Origin: Patescibacteria group bacterium
GTDB taxonomy: Bacteria; Patescibacteriota; Kazan-3B-28; UBA10110
Length of the DNA: 64,000 nucleotides
Direction of reading: 5' to 3'
NCBI GenBank assembly: GCA_016936175.1
Contig: JAFGPN010000004.1
Location: forward strand, 5,726-69,725
Below are positions 37,274 through 46,896 of the stretch, piece by piece; within the stretch, counting starts at the first letter, position 1; every line of letters starts with the position of its first letter. Below the pieces are notes generated by a model. The model saw only the letters and a program-made list of their open reading frames with translations. It did no database searches and was not told the DNA's origin. The position numbers and the translations under genes were made by a program.

Positions 37274-38128
37274 TTATACCCTAGCCAAAGCGGGTTCTTC
37301 TGGCTTGATAACCTCCTCGTATTTTAAGGCTCTGATCAGCCGAGTAACTCCGATTCCTGTCCCAAATCGCGGCCTCATCGCCAGAGATAGATAGTTTTCT
37401 AATTCTCGCTCAACCCTCTCCCGACCAAATAACCCAAACAGCTTACCAGCATATTCGCCATCGCTAATGTGATAAAAGTTATACCGCATCTCATTAGCGT
37501 TACAACTGCGCTCTGCCCCACCGAAAGTTTCCATCCCATGAAGAATAACATCCACCTTGGAAAACAGGTCATTCCCTTGATGTTTCATGTTCCAAAACGG
37601 ATGAGTAGAAAAGGGGAAATTTTTTAAAAATACTACCGGCGCAAAATCTTTTGACATCAGCAATTCCTGCTCTGCCTCTATCTCTTCTACCCCATAGTGA
37701 TCAGCTATATCAGAATAGTTCATCTCCAGCATCGGGCTTTTAAAGCCCAGATAAGCCAAAAGTTCTCGCTCTAATCGCATTAGATCTTGCATATCGCCAA
37801 AGCTCTCAAATTCGAACATCGGAAAAATCTTATCGTGCCGACCTTCGATTGGATGCTGTTCGTCTCGATAGCTAGTAGAGATACAAAAAACGCCCGGAAC
37901 TTCCGGGTGTTTCAACAACTCATATTCTAGCCACATCTGACCAGTTTGTGGCAACGGCCAACGTGTGCCTCCAAACTCAAATTGAGAAATAGTGGTAGGG
38001 TCCTCACAGGCGGCCAAAATAGATAATCGCGCTTGAACTGGCACCTCCACAAATCCTCGACCGACAAAAAATTCTCTTAACTTATTTACTGTCCAATTGT
38101 ACTCATAAATATCAATTAGCTTAATCAT
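37274..38128 (-). CDS. class II aminoacyl-tRNA-synthetase-like catalytic core (AsnA/AsnRS-paralog type), no anticodon-binding domain
   Basis: Motif 2-like YRDEQHPIEGRHDKIFPMFEFE and motif 3-like RFGTGIGVTRLIRAL. The start was moved to ATG 38128, which is preceded by RBS aaaggag. Confidence 0.6.
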   Translation of the reverse strand: MIKLIDIYEYNWTVNKLREFFVGRGFVEVPVQARLSILAACEDPTTISQFEFGGTRWPLPQTGQMWLEYELLKHPEVPGVFCISTSYRDEQHPIEGRHDKIFPMFEFESFGDMQDLMRLERELLAYLGFKSPMLEMNYSDIADHYGVEEIEAEQELLMSKDFAPVVFLKNFPFSTHPFWNMKHQGNDLFSKVDVILHGMETFGGAERSCNANEMRYNFYHISDGEYAGKLFGLFGRERVERELENYLSLAMRPRFGTGIGVTRLIRALKYEEVIKPEEPALARV

Positions 38129-38338
38129 AGAATCTCCTTTCCCATAATTATTCTGGGTGAGTAAAACTTTTATTTGATTGTCCGCATTGATACTGTTTAT
38201 CAATGGGCAAAAAAATAGACTCTTGCGAGTCCATTGGGGCTACTTATCAAAGAGCAGCCAGTTAGCTAATAAATTCTTAGCTAATTTTACCAGTTGATGA
38301 TTTTACGTCAACATACAAACTATACACTCTGGGAGCTT

Positions 38339-38803
38339 CTATTTATTTAGTAACCAAAAAATATAGGCCAAATAAGTAGCAAATGCTACCCAGGCCGCAT
38401 ACAGCCACAATAAGATCGACGACCAGCGCGCTTTTCGCCACATCATTACGATTAGCCAAATCACCGTCGCCTCTAAAAACAACATCTCAATAATTGCGCT
38501 ACCCGTCCACTGCTTAAAGAAAAATAGATAACTCCAACCAACGTTTAATAATCCGTTGATAATAAACAGCCAGTTCACCATCCAGAAATTTTTGGGACGC
38601 TGTTTTTGGTTAAACCACAGCAAGAACGAAATAGTGGCAAACAGATAAATAATCGTCCACATCAGCCCGATAAAGGCACCGGTTGGAGCTATGCCTGGTA
38701 GGTTTGAACTAAAATACCACGGCAGACCAATGTTGGTTAAGTAACTACCAGCCCAAGCCACCCCAATCGCCCCTAGCGGAATCAAAATATAGTTTATTCT
38801 CAT
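38339..38803 (-). CDS. tspO: TspO/MBR family tryptophan-rich membrane protein
   Basis: 154 aa with 5 TM helices and a Trp-rich pattern (NVGWSYLFF, WVAFATYL). Confidence 0.7.
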   Translation of the reverse strand: MRINYILIPLGAIGVAWAGSYLTNIGLPWYFSSNLPGIAPTGAFIGLMWTIIYLFATISFLLWFNQKQRPKNFWMVNWLFIINGLLNVGWSYLFFFKQWTGSAIIEMLFLEATVIWLIVMMWRKARWSSILLWLYAAWVAFATYLAYIFWLLNK

Positions 38804-38812
38804 ATATTTATT

Positions 38813-39280
38813 CTACCCTAACCAATTCGATAGTTGGTATATAGCCACTCCAAACGCCACCGAAACATTTAGCGATTTACGTTGGCCTCTCATCGGAATC
38901 TCGATTATCACATCAGAAATAATTCGGAGTGGCTGGCTCACTCCCCTGACTTCGTTGCCAATAATCAACGCGATTTTAGATTTAGTTGGCTTAAACTTGC
39001 GATAATCCACCGCTCGCCCATCCTGCTCTAACGCTACAATCAAATACCCGCTCTTCTTCAAATCGCGAATTAAATCACCCACTCGCTTAATTTTTACCCA
39101 CTGCAACCTTTTTTCTGAGCCTAACGCCACCTTGGCGATCTCTGGGCGAGGCGGAAACGGTGTATATCCGGTCAGATATAGTTTAGCTACCCCAGCTCCC
39201 TCGGCCGTCCGAAAGATCGAGCCGACATTATGCATACTCCGAATATTGTGCGCAATCACCACCAGTTCTTTTATCTTCAT
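38813..39280 (-). CDS. SpoU/TrmH-family RNA 2'-O-methyltransferase
   Basis: 155 aa with NVGSIFRTAEGAGV, LIIGNEVRGVS and SLNVSVAFGVAIY motifs. Confidence 0.85.
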   Translation of the reverse strand: MKIKELVVIAHNIRSMHNVGSIFRTAEGAGVAKLYLTGYTPFPPRPEIAKVALGSEKRLQWVKIKRVGDLIRDLKKSGYLIVALEQDGRAVDYRKFKPTKSKIALIIGNEVRGVSQPLRIISDVIIEIPMRGQRKSLNVSVAFGVAIYQLSNWLG

Positions 39281-39292
39281 ATTCGTATATTA

Positions 39293-39485
39293 CCCCATTG
39301 AACAAATTGCGTAAGCCAATAGCAAAACTGCCGCTACGGCGCGGCTGCTATTTGAGTCCCGGTATACCGGGACGAGTTCAACTAATAGAAGCCAAGTAAG
39401 GCACCGTTTTGCCTTTTGGGTAGTAATTTGTGATTGGGGCCGCCTTTAGACGCCACCCGTTTGGCGGAGCAAATGGGTGGCAAAA
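39293..39485 (+). repeat. structured intergenic element, full copy B
   Basis: Same architecture as copy A. The internal hairpin is gtcccgg-tata-ccgggac and the 3' hairpin is gccacccgtttg-gcggag-caaatgggtggc. Confidence 0.8.
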
Positions 39486-39531
39486 CAAATTTTAGTAACT
39501 TTGGTAAAAGTAAACAAGATATAATGGGTGC

Positions 39532-40884
39532 ATGGCTAATACAATTCAATTTTTGGGCGCCGCGGGAGTCGTTACCGGCTCTAGTTATTTAGTATCAACC
39601 GATTCGGCTAAGTTCTTGATCGATTGCGGATTGTTTCAAGGCGCGGCGGCGGCGGACAGAAAGAATTATCAATCGTTCCCTTATAATCCAACCAAGATTA
39701 ATTTTCTTATTTTAACTCACGCTCACTTAGATCACTGTGGCTTAATCCCTAAACTGTATCGGGATGGATTTCGGGGACGTATCTACACTACCCCGGCAAC
39801 CTTCGATCTAGCTCAAGCCATTTTAACCAACGCCGCCCAAATCCAAGAACACGGCGTCACCGACAAACAACTGGAAGCTTTGTTTATAAAACGCGACGCC
39901 ACTAATTCGTTTAAGCTTTTCGAAACTCACGAATATGGTAAAACCTTCTCCCCGATGCCGGGCATTAAAGTGCGACTTAATGATGCCGGGCATATCTTGG
40001 GAGCCGCCATCGTCGAGGTATGGATCCAAGGTCAAAAACTGGTCTTCTCCGGAGATCTGGGCAACAGCCCGGTACCCATCATGAAAGACCCCACCATTAT
40101 TCGAGACGCTAACTATGTTATCTGTGAATCGACCTACGGCGATAGGTTGCACGAGCCACCTTCTGCTCGCGAAAAGAATCTATTGGCGACAATCAAGCAA
40201 GCCGCCAGAGATGGCGCCAAACTGATCATCCCCTCTTTTGCTTTAGAGCGCAGCCAAGATCTGCTCTACACTTTAAATAATTTTCGTAACAGCGGGGTAC
40301 TTCCCAATATCCCCGTGATATTAGACAGCCCCTTGGCCTCTCAAATCACCGATATCTTTAAGCGATACACCAAATTATTTGATGCGGATTTTCAAAGATA
40401 CTTAAAGACCGATAAAGATCTGTTCGATTTCCCCGGCTTTCGCCAGACCAGAACTAAATTTCAATCCAAGGCCCTAAACCAGTTATCGGGCGCCGCTGTG
40501 ATCATCGCTGGTTCTGGCATGGCCGATGCGGGCCGAGTTCAACACCATCTGCTTCACCATTTGGACGAACCCAGAACCCAAGTGCTATTCGTTGGCTTCC
40601 AAACTCCCAACACTTTAGGTCGCCGATTAATTAACGGGGCACGTCAGGTTAGAATAATGCGCCATCGGATTACGGTAAAAGCTCAGATCAAAGAGTTGGG
40701 CGCCTTCTCGGCTCATGCCGATCAGGCCGGACTACTGCGTTGGTTATCGGGCTTTACCTCTAAGCCCACTGTATTTTTGACTCACGGCGAAAATATCTCT
40801 CGCGAAGCGTTAGCTAAAAAAGTTTTGAGCAAACTTAAACTTAAGGCAGTTATCCCAGCTATGGGAGAGATAAAAACAATATAA
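39532..40884 (+). CDS. MBL-fold beta-CASP ribonuclease (RNase J/CPSF-like)
   Basis: 450 aa with the HAHLDHCG motif and beta-CASP and C-terminal motifs (SAHAD). TATAAT lies 7 nt upstream of the ATG. Confidence 0.8.
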   Translation: MANTIQFLGAAGVVTGSSYLVSTDSAKFLIDCGLFQGAAAADRKNYQSFPYNPTKINFLILTHAHLDHCGLIPKLYRDGFRGRIYTTPATFDLAQAILTNAAQIQEHGVTDKQLEALFIKRDATNSFKLFETHEYGKTFSPMPGIKVRLNDAGHILGAAIVEVWIQGQKLVFSGDLGNSPVPIMKDPTIIRDANYVICESTYGDRLHEPPSAREKNLLATIKQAARDGAKLIIPSFALERSQDLLYTLNNFRNSGVLPNIPVILDSPLASQITDIFKRYTKLFDADFQRYLKTDKDLFDFPGFRQTRTKFQSKALNQLSGAAVIIAGSGMADAGRVQHHLLHHLDEPRTQVLFVGFQTPNTLGRRLINGARQVRIMRHRITVKAQIKELGAFSAHADQAGLLRWLSGFTSKPTVFLTHGENISREALAKKVLSKLKLKAVIPAMGEIKTI

Positions 40885-40942
40885 AGAGCCCCTCTTGGTA
40901 AAGCTTACAAGTTAGCTCGCGGCTTTATACCCAATCACCCTA

Positions 40943-43384
40943 CTATTGCGGCAATTCTGGCGACAACGACTCAAGCAAATCCGCCAAACCAACCAACCGT
41001 TTTTTCTGTTTAAGGCATCGTTTTAATTTTCTGAGAGCCCGCAGTTCTATCTGCCTAATCCGCTCACGGGTCAGCTTAAATTCCCGACCGATTTCTTCGA
41101 GAGTCCTAACATCCCCATCATACAGACCAAAGCGTAGCCGTAAGATCCGTTGTTCTCGCCAATCCAGTGTCGCCACAACTTTCATCACCTCCTCACGAAC
41201 CAACCTCTGCATCGCATCCTGTTCTGGCGTCGCCGTGACCCAATCCTCCTGAAAATCCCGAAATAGGCTGTCTTTATTGTCACCGATTGTTTTTTCAAGG
41301 CTAATCGGTTTTTGGGCAAATTTGAGAAGCTCCCTTACCCTATCTTCTGTCACATCCATTTTGTCAGCAATCTCTATATTGGTTGCCGGTCGACCCTCCT
41401 CGGCCTGAATATCTTTGCTGGCTCGACCTAGTTTAGTAATGGTTTCTACCATATGCACTGGTTTGCGAATTAATTCAGCCTGATCTGCTAATGCCCGAGA
41501 AATTGCTTGGCGAATCCACCAAGTAGCATAAGTGCTAAGTTTAAATCCCCTATCTAAATCAAACTTTTCTACCGCCCGAATCAAACCAATATTCCCCTCT
41601 TGAATCAAATCCAAAAAACTCATACCTCGATTGAGATATTTTTTGGCGATAGACACCACCAATCGAAGGTTCGCTTCTATCATCTTCGTTTTAGCTGCTT
41701 CTGCTTTTCTCCATAGCGATGTATCAATTCGTTCTTTTTTACCCGCACGGTAAACTTTTGCATAATAAATTTCTTCTTCCGGGGTAAACAATGGAATCTG
41801 TCCCATCATCTTTAAATAGTGCTTTACTGAATCGTCCAGTCTAAGATTGTCACCAGCGGCAATTTCTTCTAGCTCCTTTTCTGTCAAAAACACATCTTCT
41901 CCCCGCGAGCTGATTCCCTGTAGTTCACGGTCTTCGGCCAACTTGCTCCGTTTTTCCTCCGCCATTGTGCTTGCCTGTCGCGCTCTCCGTCGAGATGTCG
42001 ATTTAGTCTCCATTCCAGAACTGCCTCTTCCTTTCGGAAGTTTTCCCAACTCGTCCAAAACCCAAGCCACCGCCTCGGGACTATAGTAATCATGCGGCTG
42101 GCCATTATACGGATTAATTAATCGACGACAATGTAAAGTCGGATTATGTTCGAGAAATTCTGCCAACTTATTTCGGACGGTTTCAGCGCGACGAGTGCTC
42201 TGACTTAATAACTGAGTGATAGTGCTCCATCCCTCTTCCCAGCCCTCCGGCTTGAGACCTTTCTCGCGGGTAGGTCTTTTTGCTCTGACTTTCTCGGCTG
42301 GAGGCTTTGGACCTGTAGATTCAAAAACCAGTTCCTGCCGTTTGGATTTTGTGCGCTCTGCTTGCTTCCTCTCCCGCTGTTTTTGTTTCTCTTCCCTGTC
42401 CAATAACCTATCTCGTTTTTTTTCCTCGCGTTTTTGTTGCTGTTCTGCCTTGGTACGTTTATCCCGGTGATGCTGAGTAAGGTTAAGCCCAGAATATCCG
42501 CGAGATCCCCGTCTCCCCAAACAAGAAGACGAATCGCCGCCTAATCCTGCCACCACATACTCCACTCCGGGTTGCATCTCGACAGCTCCAATGGCGGAGG
42601 CATCTACCTCAACCTTTGATGCCCGCTCGTACCGCGGCGAATCTTTAATTACTAATCGGCCGCTATGAACCTTTTTTAAGCCAGGAATCACCGGCTCAAG
42701 CATCCCCCTAATCAGAGCGGTTTCGTGAACAGCAAGACACTGCTCCTCAAAAGGAAAAACAATCGTCTCAATGTCTCGGCGATTACTATCCATTAAATCA
42801 TCGAGCACAACGTTGCCCAAATCTTCGCTGTACCGCAGTTGCTTTCGCTCCCCCGAGTAATCACCCACAATAAACCACTCTGGATGTTGAGCACGGTATC
42901 GTTCTGCATACTTTTTTACAGTCTCTTCCCCTAAACTAGGAAAGGCTGAATGCATCACCTGCGTCAGCCCCCACGGCGTCATCGGCCGATCGGGCGCAGT
43001 CCGCACACTCTCCTTAAATCGAGCTTCGTCTGGTGACCTATGTAGGGGCAGTTGCTTAACCAACTTCAGGCCGGGCAAGGCGGCCTCATCATTATCAAAA
43101 GCCATCAACACTTCTTGGCGAGCCTTTGCTACCCCCGATGACTTGTTCCGCTCCGCCGACAGAATTTGGTAAACTGCTTGACGACTGGGAATATCGAGTT
43201 GCTCGGAGCTATCTTTCAGAGTGCGTGTCCATAACTCTAAAATCTCCGCCCTCGGCACCCCCAGTTCCTCGGCCCATTGATCAGCCAGGTCAGAACTGCC
43301 ATCTCCGCCCCGACTAAAATCGGGCGAGGTTTCTACAAGCCCGTCAGCAGGAACGCTAGCGTAATCCCCTTTTTCTTCCTCCAC
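40943..43384 (-). CDS. rpoD: RNA polymerase sigma-70 (RpoD-like) with ~500-aa N-terminal extension
   Basis: The C-terminal ~300 aa carry regions 1.2 to 4.2 ([61 protein letters not shown]). The N-terminus includes a Lys/Arg/Glu-rich tract. Confidence 0.88.
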   Translation of the reverse strand: MEEEKGDYASVPADGLVETSPDFSRGGDGSSDLADQWAEELGVPRAEILELWTRTLKDSSEQLDIPSRQAVYQILSAERNKSSGVAKARQEVLMAFDNDEAALPGLKLVKQLPLHRSPDEARFKESVRTAPDRPMTPWGLTQVMHSAFPSLGEETVKKYAERYRAQHPEWFIVGDYSGERKQLRYSEDLGNVVLDDLMDSNRRDIETIVFPFEEQCLAVHETALIRGMLEPVIPGLKKVHSGRLVIKDSPRYERASKVEVDASAIGAVEMQPGVEYVVAGLGGDSSSCLGRRGSRGYSGLNLTQHHRDKRTKAEQQQKREEKKRDRLLDREEKQKQRERKQAERTKSKRQELVFESTGPKPPAEKVRAKRPTREKGLKPEGWEEGWSTITQLLSQSTRRAETVRNKLAEFLEHNPTLHCRRLINPYNGQPHDYYSPEAVAWVLDELGKLPKGRGSSGMETKSTSRRRARQASTMAEEKRSKLAEDRELQGISSRGEDVFLTEKELEEIAAGDNLRLDDSVKHYLKMMGQIPLFTPEEEIYYAKVYRAGKKERIDTSLWRKAEAAKTKMIEANLRLVVSIAKKYLNRGMSFLDLIQEGNIGLIRAVEKFDLDRGFKLSTYATWWIRQAISRALADQAELIRKPVHMVETITKLGRASKDIQAEEGRPATNIEIADKMDVTEDRVRELLKFAQKPISLEKTIGDNKDSLFRDFQEDWVTATPEQDAMQRLVREEVMKVVATLDWREQRILRLRFGLYDGDVRTLEEIGREFKLTRERIRQIELRALRKLKRCLKQKKRLVGLADLLESLSPELPQ

Positions 43385-43415
43385 TTATTTAGGTATTGCC
43401 CCCGATTATACGCTA

Positions 43416-44432
43416 TCAGGCAGTCTTTTCCCAGGGGGGTCCCACTCTCCCAAAATGGCCTAATCGAGCAGTGGCCAGATAGATCGGTTGTCTTAAATCC
43501 AAGAAGTCAATCATCCCCTTGGGGGTCAGATTAAACTGATTTTTCAGTTCATCCGCCCAAGTCGCTTCGGGCTCGGTTTTAACCATCAATGGCTCCGCCA
43601 CCCCAATCGAATAAGCCAGCGTCACTTTGGCCCACGACACTTGTTTTTCTTTAATCAATTTCTTGGCCAGATAACGCGCCATGTAGGCGGCCGAGCGATC
43701 AACTTTGGTGGCATCTTTGCCAGAGAAGGCTCCCCCACCCACATTTATCTCCGGCCCATAAGCATCAACTACTAATTTGCGCCCGGTAACCCCAGCATCG
43801 CCGTCAAATCCACCAACTACAAATCGGCCGGTGGCGTTAATAAACAGTTCGATATTGGCTAGATTCCCAAATAGTGGTTCGAGTATTTTATTTTTAATCA
43901 GCGCGCGCGCAGTTTCTATCGTCATGGTTTCTGGATGCTGAACCGATACCACTATCTTTGTTGGCCGCCCCGAATCGTCAACCGTTACCTGGGCCTTGCC
44001 ATCGGGCCCCAAATGCAGCTCCGGCCCCAATTCAAATAATTTATGAGTGATTCGACGGGCAAGCGCAAACGGCAGGGGCAACATTTCGGGAGTTTCGGAG
44101 GTGGCGTAACCCACCATAACCCCCTGGTCCCCTGCTCCGCCGCTATCGACGCCCTGCGCAATATCCGGGCTCTGTTTAACCACATTAATCGCGAATTGGT
44201 AGTCGCCCCTAACACCCAACTCACTTAGAACCTGTCGAGCGATAACTTCATAGTTTACCGTTCCCGCACTGGTAACTTCACCAATAATAAATATCTGGCC
44301 GTGACCGCCTAACACCTCGATCGCCACCCGCGAATTCGGATCTTGTTTTAAAAATTCGTCTAGAATCGCATCGGCAATCTGATCGCAGATCTTGTCAGGA
44401 TGACCAGGCATTACACATTCAGCTGTTCGCAT
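43416..44432 (-). CDS. metK: S-adenosylmethionine synthetase
   Basis: 338 aa with GHPDKICDQIAD, GAGDQG, GGGAFSGKD and DRSAAY motifs. Confidence 0.92.
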   Translation of the reverse strand: MRTAECVMPGHPDKICDQIADAILDEFLKQDPNSRVAIEVLGGHGQIFIIGEVTSAGTVNYEVIARQVLSELGVRGDYQFAINVVKQSPDIAQGVDSGGAGDQGVMVGYATSETPEMLPLPFALARRITHKLFELGPELHLGPDGKAQVTVDDSGRPTKIVVSVQHPETMTIETARALIKNKILEPLFGNLANIELFINATGRFVVGGFDGDAGVTGRKLVVDAYGPEINVGGGAFSGKDATKVDRSAAYMARYLAKKLIKEKQVSWAKVTLAYSIGVAEPLMVKTEPEATWADELKNQFNLTPKGMIDFLDLRQPIYLATARLGHFGRVGPPWEKTA

Positions 44433-44452
44433 TCTTTTCTCCCTTCTTTTTT

Positions 44453-44634
44453 AAAAACCTCTTTCCCGAACAGGAAAGAGATAACTTGTATATATTATCG
44501 TTCCCGCTAAGGGACGGCTGGGGCACCTTCTCCTTGATGTCCGCTGGGTAGGCCTGCCCGCCCGTAGCGAAGCGAAGGAGGGTTGTCGGTGGGCATCGGG
44601 CCGTTTCCCTTGGCATCCCACACTCTTGATAGTT
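44453..44634 (-). promoter_or_regulatory. SAM-I-like riboswitch with terminator expression platform
   Basis: The minus strand reads CUAUCAAGAG...AAGGGAAACGGCCCGAUG...CGACAACC...GGUGCC...GAUAAU. This is followed by the terminator ctctttcc-tgttcg-ggaaagag plus U5, then RBS gaagggag and the metK ATG. Confidence 0.65.
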
Positions 44635-44659
44635 CTGATTGTAGTTTAATTATACCGAA

Positions 44660-45199
44660 CTACGGCTCTAACACTGCATCCCGTTCGCCATTATTAATGG
44701 TCAACGCAATATTGGCCATCCCGTCTACTTCAAACTGCTTCATCAGCCTCTCAATCGAGCCGGAGATTGCTACTACTCGGGCTGAACCACCCATCGGTGT
44801 ATCAAAGTTATTATTAAAATCGATGATTGCCTGACCATTATCGATGTTAACCGAATTGACTACTACCCCATCATTGAGAGGGCTACTCATCCCTTGCGAT
44901 CGTTGGCCCTCGGTCGGACCTTTTATCCATTCTTGGATAGTCGCCAAGGCCAATTCATTTATTGCGTTAGTTTTAGGCACAATACGTTCAACCGCCACAA
45001 AATCAAAATCCGTTTCGGTTGGCACAACATAGTAAACCAACACCGACTGAGTGTTAGATTGGATAACACTCGGTTTTTTTAGTTGCGAGGTAGTGGTATA
45101 GACCCAAATGCCCAACAACACCAGCGGGATAATTGCCAGCGTCCACCACAACGAAAGATTATTTTCTTTCTTTTTCGCCATACGCTTATTATAAACCAT
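44660..45199 (-). CDS. GerMN-domain protein with N-terminal anchor
   Basis: 179 aa with one TM helix. The GerM-like pattern is VYYV...EWIKGPT...VNSVNIDNGQAIIDFN. Confidence 0.65.
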   Translation of the reverse strand: MVYNKRMAKKKENNLSLWWTLAIIPLVLLGIWVYTTTSQLKKPSVIQSNTQSVLVYYVVPTETDFDFVAVERIVPKTNAINELALATIQEWIKGPTEGQRSQGMSSPLNDGVVVNSVNIDNGQAIIDFNNNFDTPMGGSARVVAISGSIERLMKQFEVDGMANIALTINNGERDAVLEP

Positions 45200-45229
45200 C
45201 CCACCATCAGAGGCGCTGGTTTTCCTAGA

Positions 45230-45472
45230 CCCATTGAGGCGATTGCGTCAGCCAATAGCAAAACTGTTGCTACGGCGCGGCTGCTATTTGAGCCCCGGTA
45301 TACCGGGGCGAGTTCAGCTAATCTAAGCCAAGTAAGGCAGTTTTGGTATTTGGGTAGCAATTGGTGATTGGGAGGTCTTTTGGGGCGCCACCCCGTTTGG
45401 ATGCCCAGACTAAGACCATGGGTCTTTAGTTCGGAAATACTCTAGGGGGTACAAGCAAATAGGGTGGCAAAA
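45230..45472 (+). repeat. structured intergenic element, full copy C (with ~56-nt insertion in the 3' hairpin loop)
   Basis: The internal hairpin gccccgg-tata-ccggggc shows a compensatory change relative to copy B. The 3' stem is gccaccccgtttg ... caaatagggtggc. Confidence 0.8.
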
Positions 45473-45514
45473 CTGATTCTAAAAAAAGTCCTTATAGAAG
45501 CTATAATTAGACTG

Positions 45515-46297
45515 ATGGAACTAACCGTTCTAAAACTCGGGGGGAGTATTCTCACTCACAAATACCAGAGTGGAGAGTTTGACCCCGTTACGGCCGATCG
45601 GCTAGCCCAAGAAATCAGACAAGCACTGACCAGCTCCCCCCAGCAACTAATCTTAATCCATGGGGCAGGCGGTAAAGTTCATCGCTTGGCCAACGAGTCT
45701 AATCTAAAAACCGGAGCCATAACCCCAGCTCAGATTGATGGCTCGCTCAAAACTCATTTTGCGGTATGTGAGCTAACTCAGCAATTATTGCCCATTTTAT
45801 CCAACCACAATCTACCCGTAACGCCTCTCCCCGCCAACTCGATGTTCCTAATAAAAAATGGCCAGTTAGAAATCGTGGGGGCAGAGTTGGTTGAACGGGC
45901 TTTAAAACTCGGCCTGATTCCCCTACTCTCCGGTGATATGGTGTTTGACGATCAAACTAACTTTTCTATTTTATCTGGCGATCGAGTGGCCACAGTTTTA
46001 GCCCAAATATTTAAGGCTAAAAAAATTATCTTTGCCAGTGATGTTGATGGGCTATACGATAGTGACCCCAAAACTAATCCGCAGGCTAAGCTTATTAAAC
46101 AAGCCAAACTAAACAACATCGATACTACTGCTGATACCACTTCGTCGATTGACACCACCAACCAAATGCTGGGTAAGATCGCCGCGTTGATGAGAGATGC
46201 TAAAAATATTTCAGTTCAAATCGTTAACGGTTTAGTAGCTGGTCGATTAGAACAGGCTCTGACCAATCAATCGGTTATCGGAAGTTTGATTGAATAA
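45515..46297 (+). CDS. isopentenyl phosphate kinase-like (amino acid kinase family)
   Basis: VLKLGGSILT, LIHGAGGKVH and FASDVDGLYDSDPKTNP motifs. I moved the start to ATG 45515, because the track start at 45464 lies inside the repeat hairpin. Confidence 0.65.
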   Translation: MELTVLKLGGSILTHKYQSGEFDPVTADRLAQEIRQALTSSPQQLILIHGAGGKVHRLANESNLKTGAITPAQIDGSLKTHFAVCELTQQLLPILSNHNLPVTPLPANSMFLIKNGQLEIVGAELVERALKLGLIPLLSGDMVFDDQTNFSILSGDRVATVLAQIFKAKKIIFASDVDGLYDSDPKTNPQAKLIKQAKLNNIDTTADTTSSIDTTNQMLGKIAALMRDAKNISVQIVNGLVAGRLEQALTNQSVIGSLIE

Positions 46298-46320
46298 AAA
46301 AAACAGGGAGCAAAATCTCC

Positions 46321-46353
46321 AACTATGTCTGTTCACAACAGACATAGTTTTTG
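46321..46353. terminator. bidirectional intrinsic terminator
   Basis: A 12-bp stem, actatgtctgtt / aacagacatagt, is flanked by A-runs and T-runs between convergent genes. Confidence 0.75.
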
Positions 46354-46356
46354 ACC

Positions 46357-46896
46357 TTACTCCCTTGAGAGCCACTGGCGCACCTTGGCCGGAGCGTGGC
46401 TTTTAACCATATCCCTTACCCAACCCAATGGCTTACCGACGTCGAGTGCTAACTTCAACCACTTCCACGCAGTATAAATCTCACGATTGAGCGGTCTGAT
46501 ATGGAAGGTGTCGACCCCTAAGAAGTCCCGCTCGGACAGGGTGAACATCTTCGTCCGCTCGGTCTCGCCTTTGTAGGGATGACCGGTCAGCCTCCCAAAA
46601 AATGCCCAGACCCCGCATCGACGACGATCTGGTTCAACGATCTCGAAGAAGCCGATGGGATAAAGTAGCCCTATCCCAAGCCCGGTTTCTTCACCGAATT
46701 CGCGAATAGCGGCTGTTTCGGCAGACTCGCCTTCTTTAATGGCTCCCATTGGAATGGAGGCCATCCCGGCGAACTTCCCCACATCTGGTCGATCTTTGCC
46801 ATATGGTTCGATAACCATAATGATCTCACCTTGGGGGTCAAAACAGAGTACTGCGACCCCTTTCAGGTCGTAGTCGTTGGGAATTGGAACCGTCAC
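46357..46896 (-). CDS. NUDIX hydrolase
   Basis: 179 aa with Nudix box GAIKEGESAETAAIREFGEETGL. Confidence 0.75.
   Translation of the reverse strand: MTVPIPNDYDLKGVAVLCFDPQGEIIMVIEPYGKDRPDVGKFAGMASIPMGAIKEGESAETAAIREFGEETGLGIGLLYPIGFFEIVEPDRRRCGVWAFFGRLTGHPYKGETERTKMFTLSERDFLGVDTFHIRPLNREIYTAWKWLKLALDVGKPLGWVRDMVKSHAPAKVRQWLSRE

Noticed and set aside
36835-37327. Small ORFs 36835-37032, 36854-37051, 36887-37093 and 37097-37327
   Set aside because: They overlap one another on both strands within the hairpin-dense, ORF-poor region, and none has an RBS or a recognisable motif.
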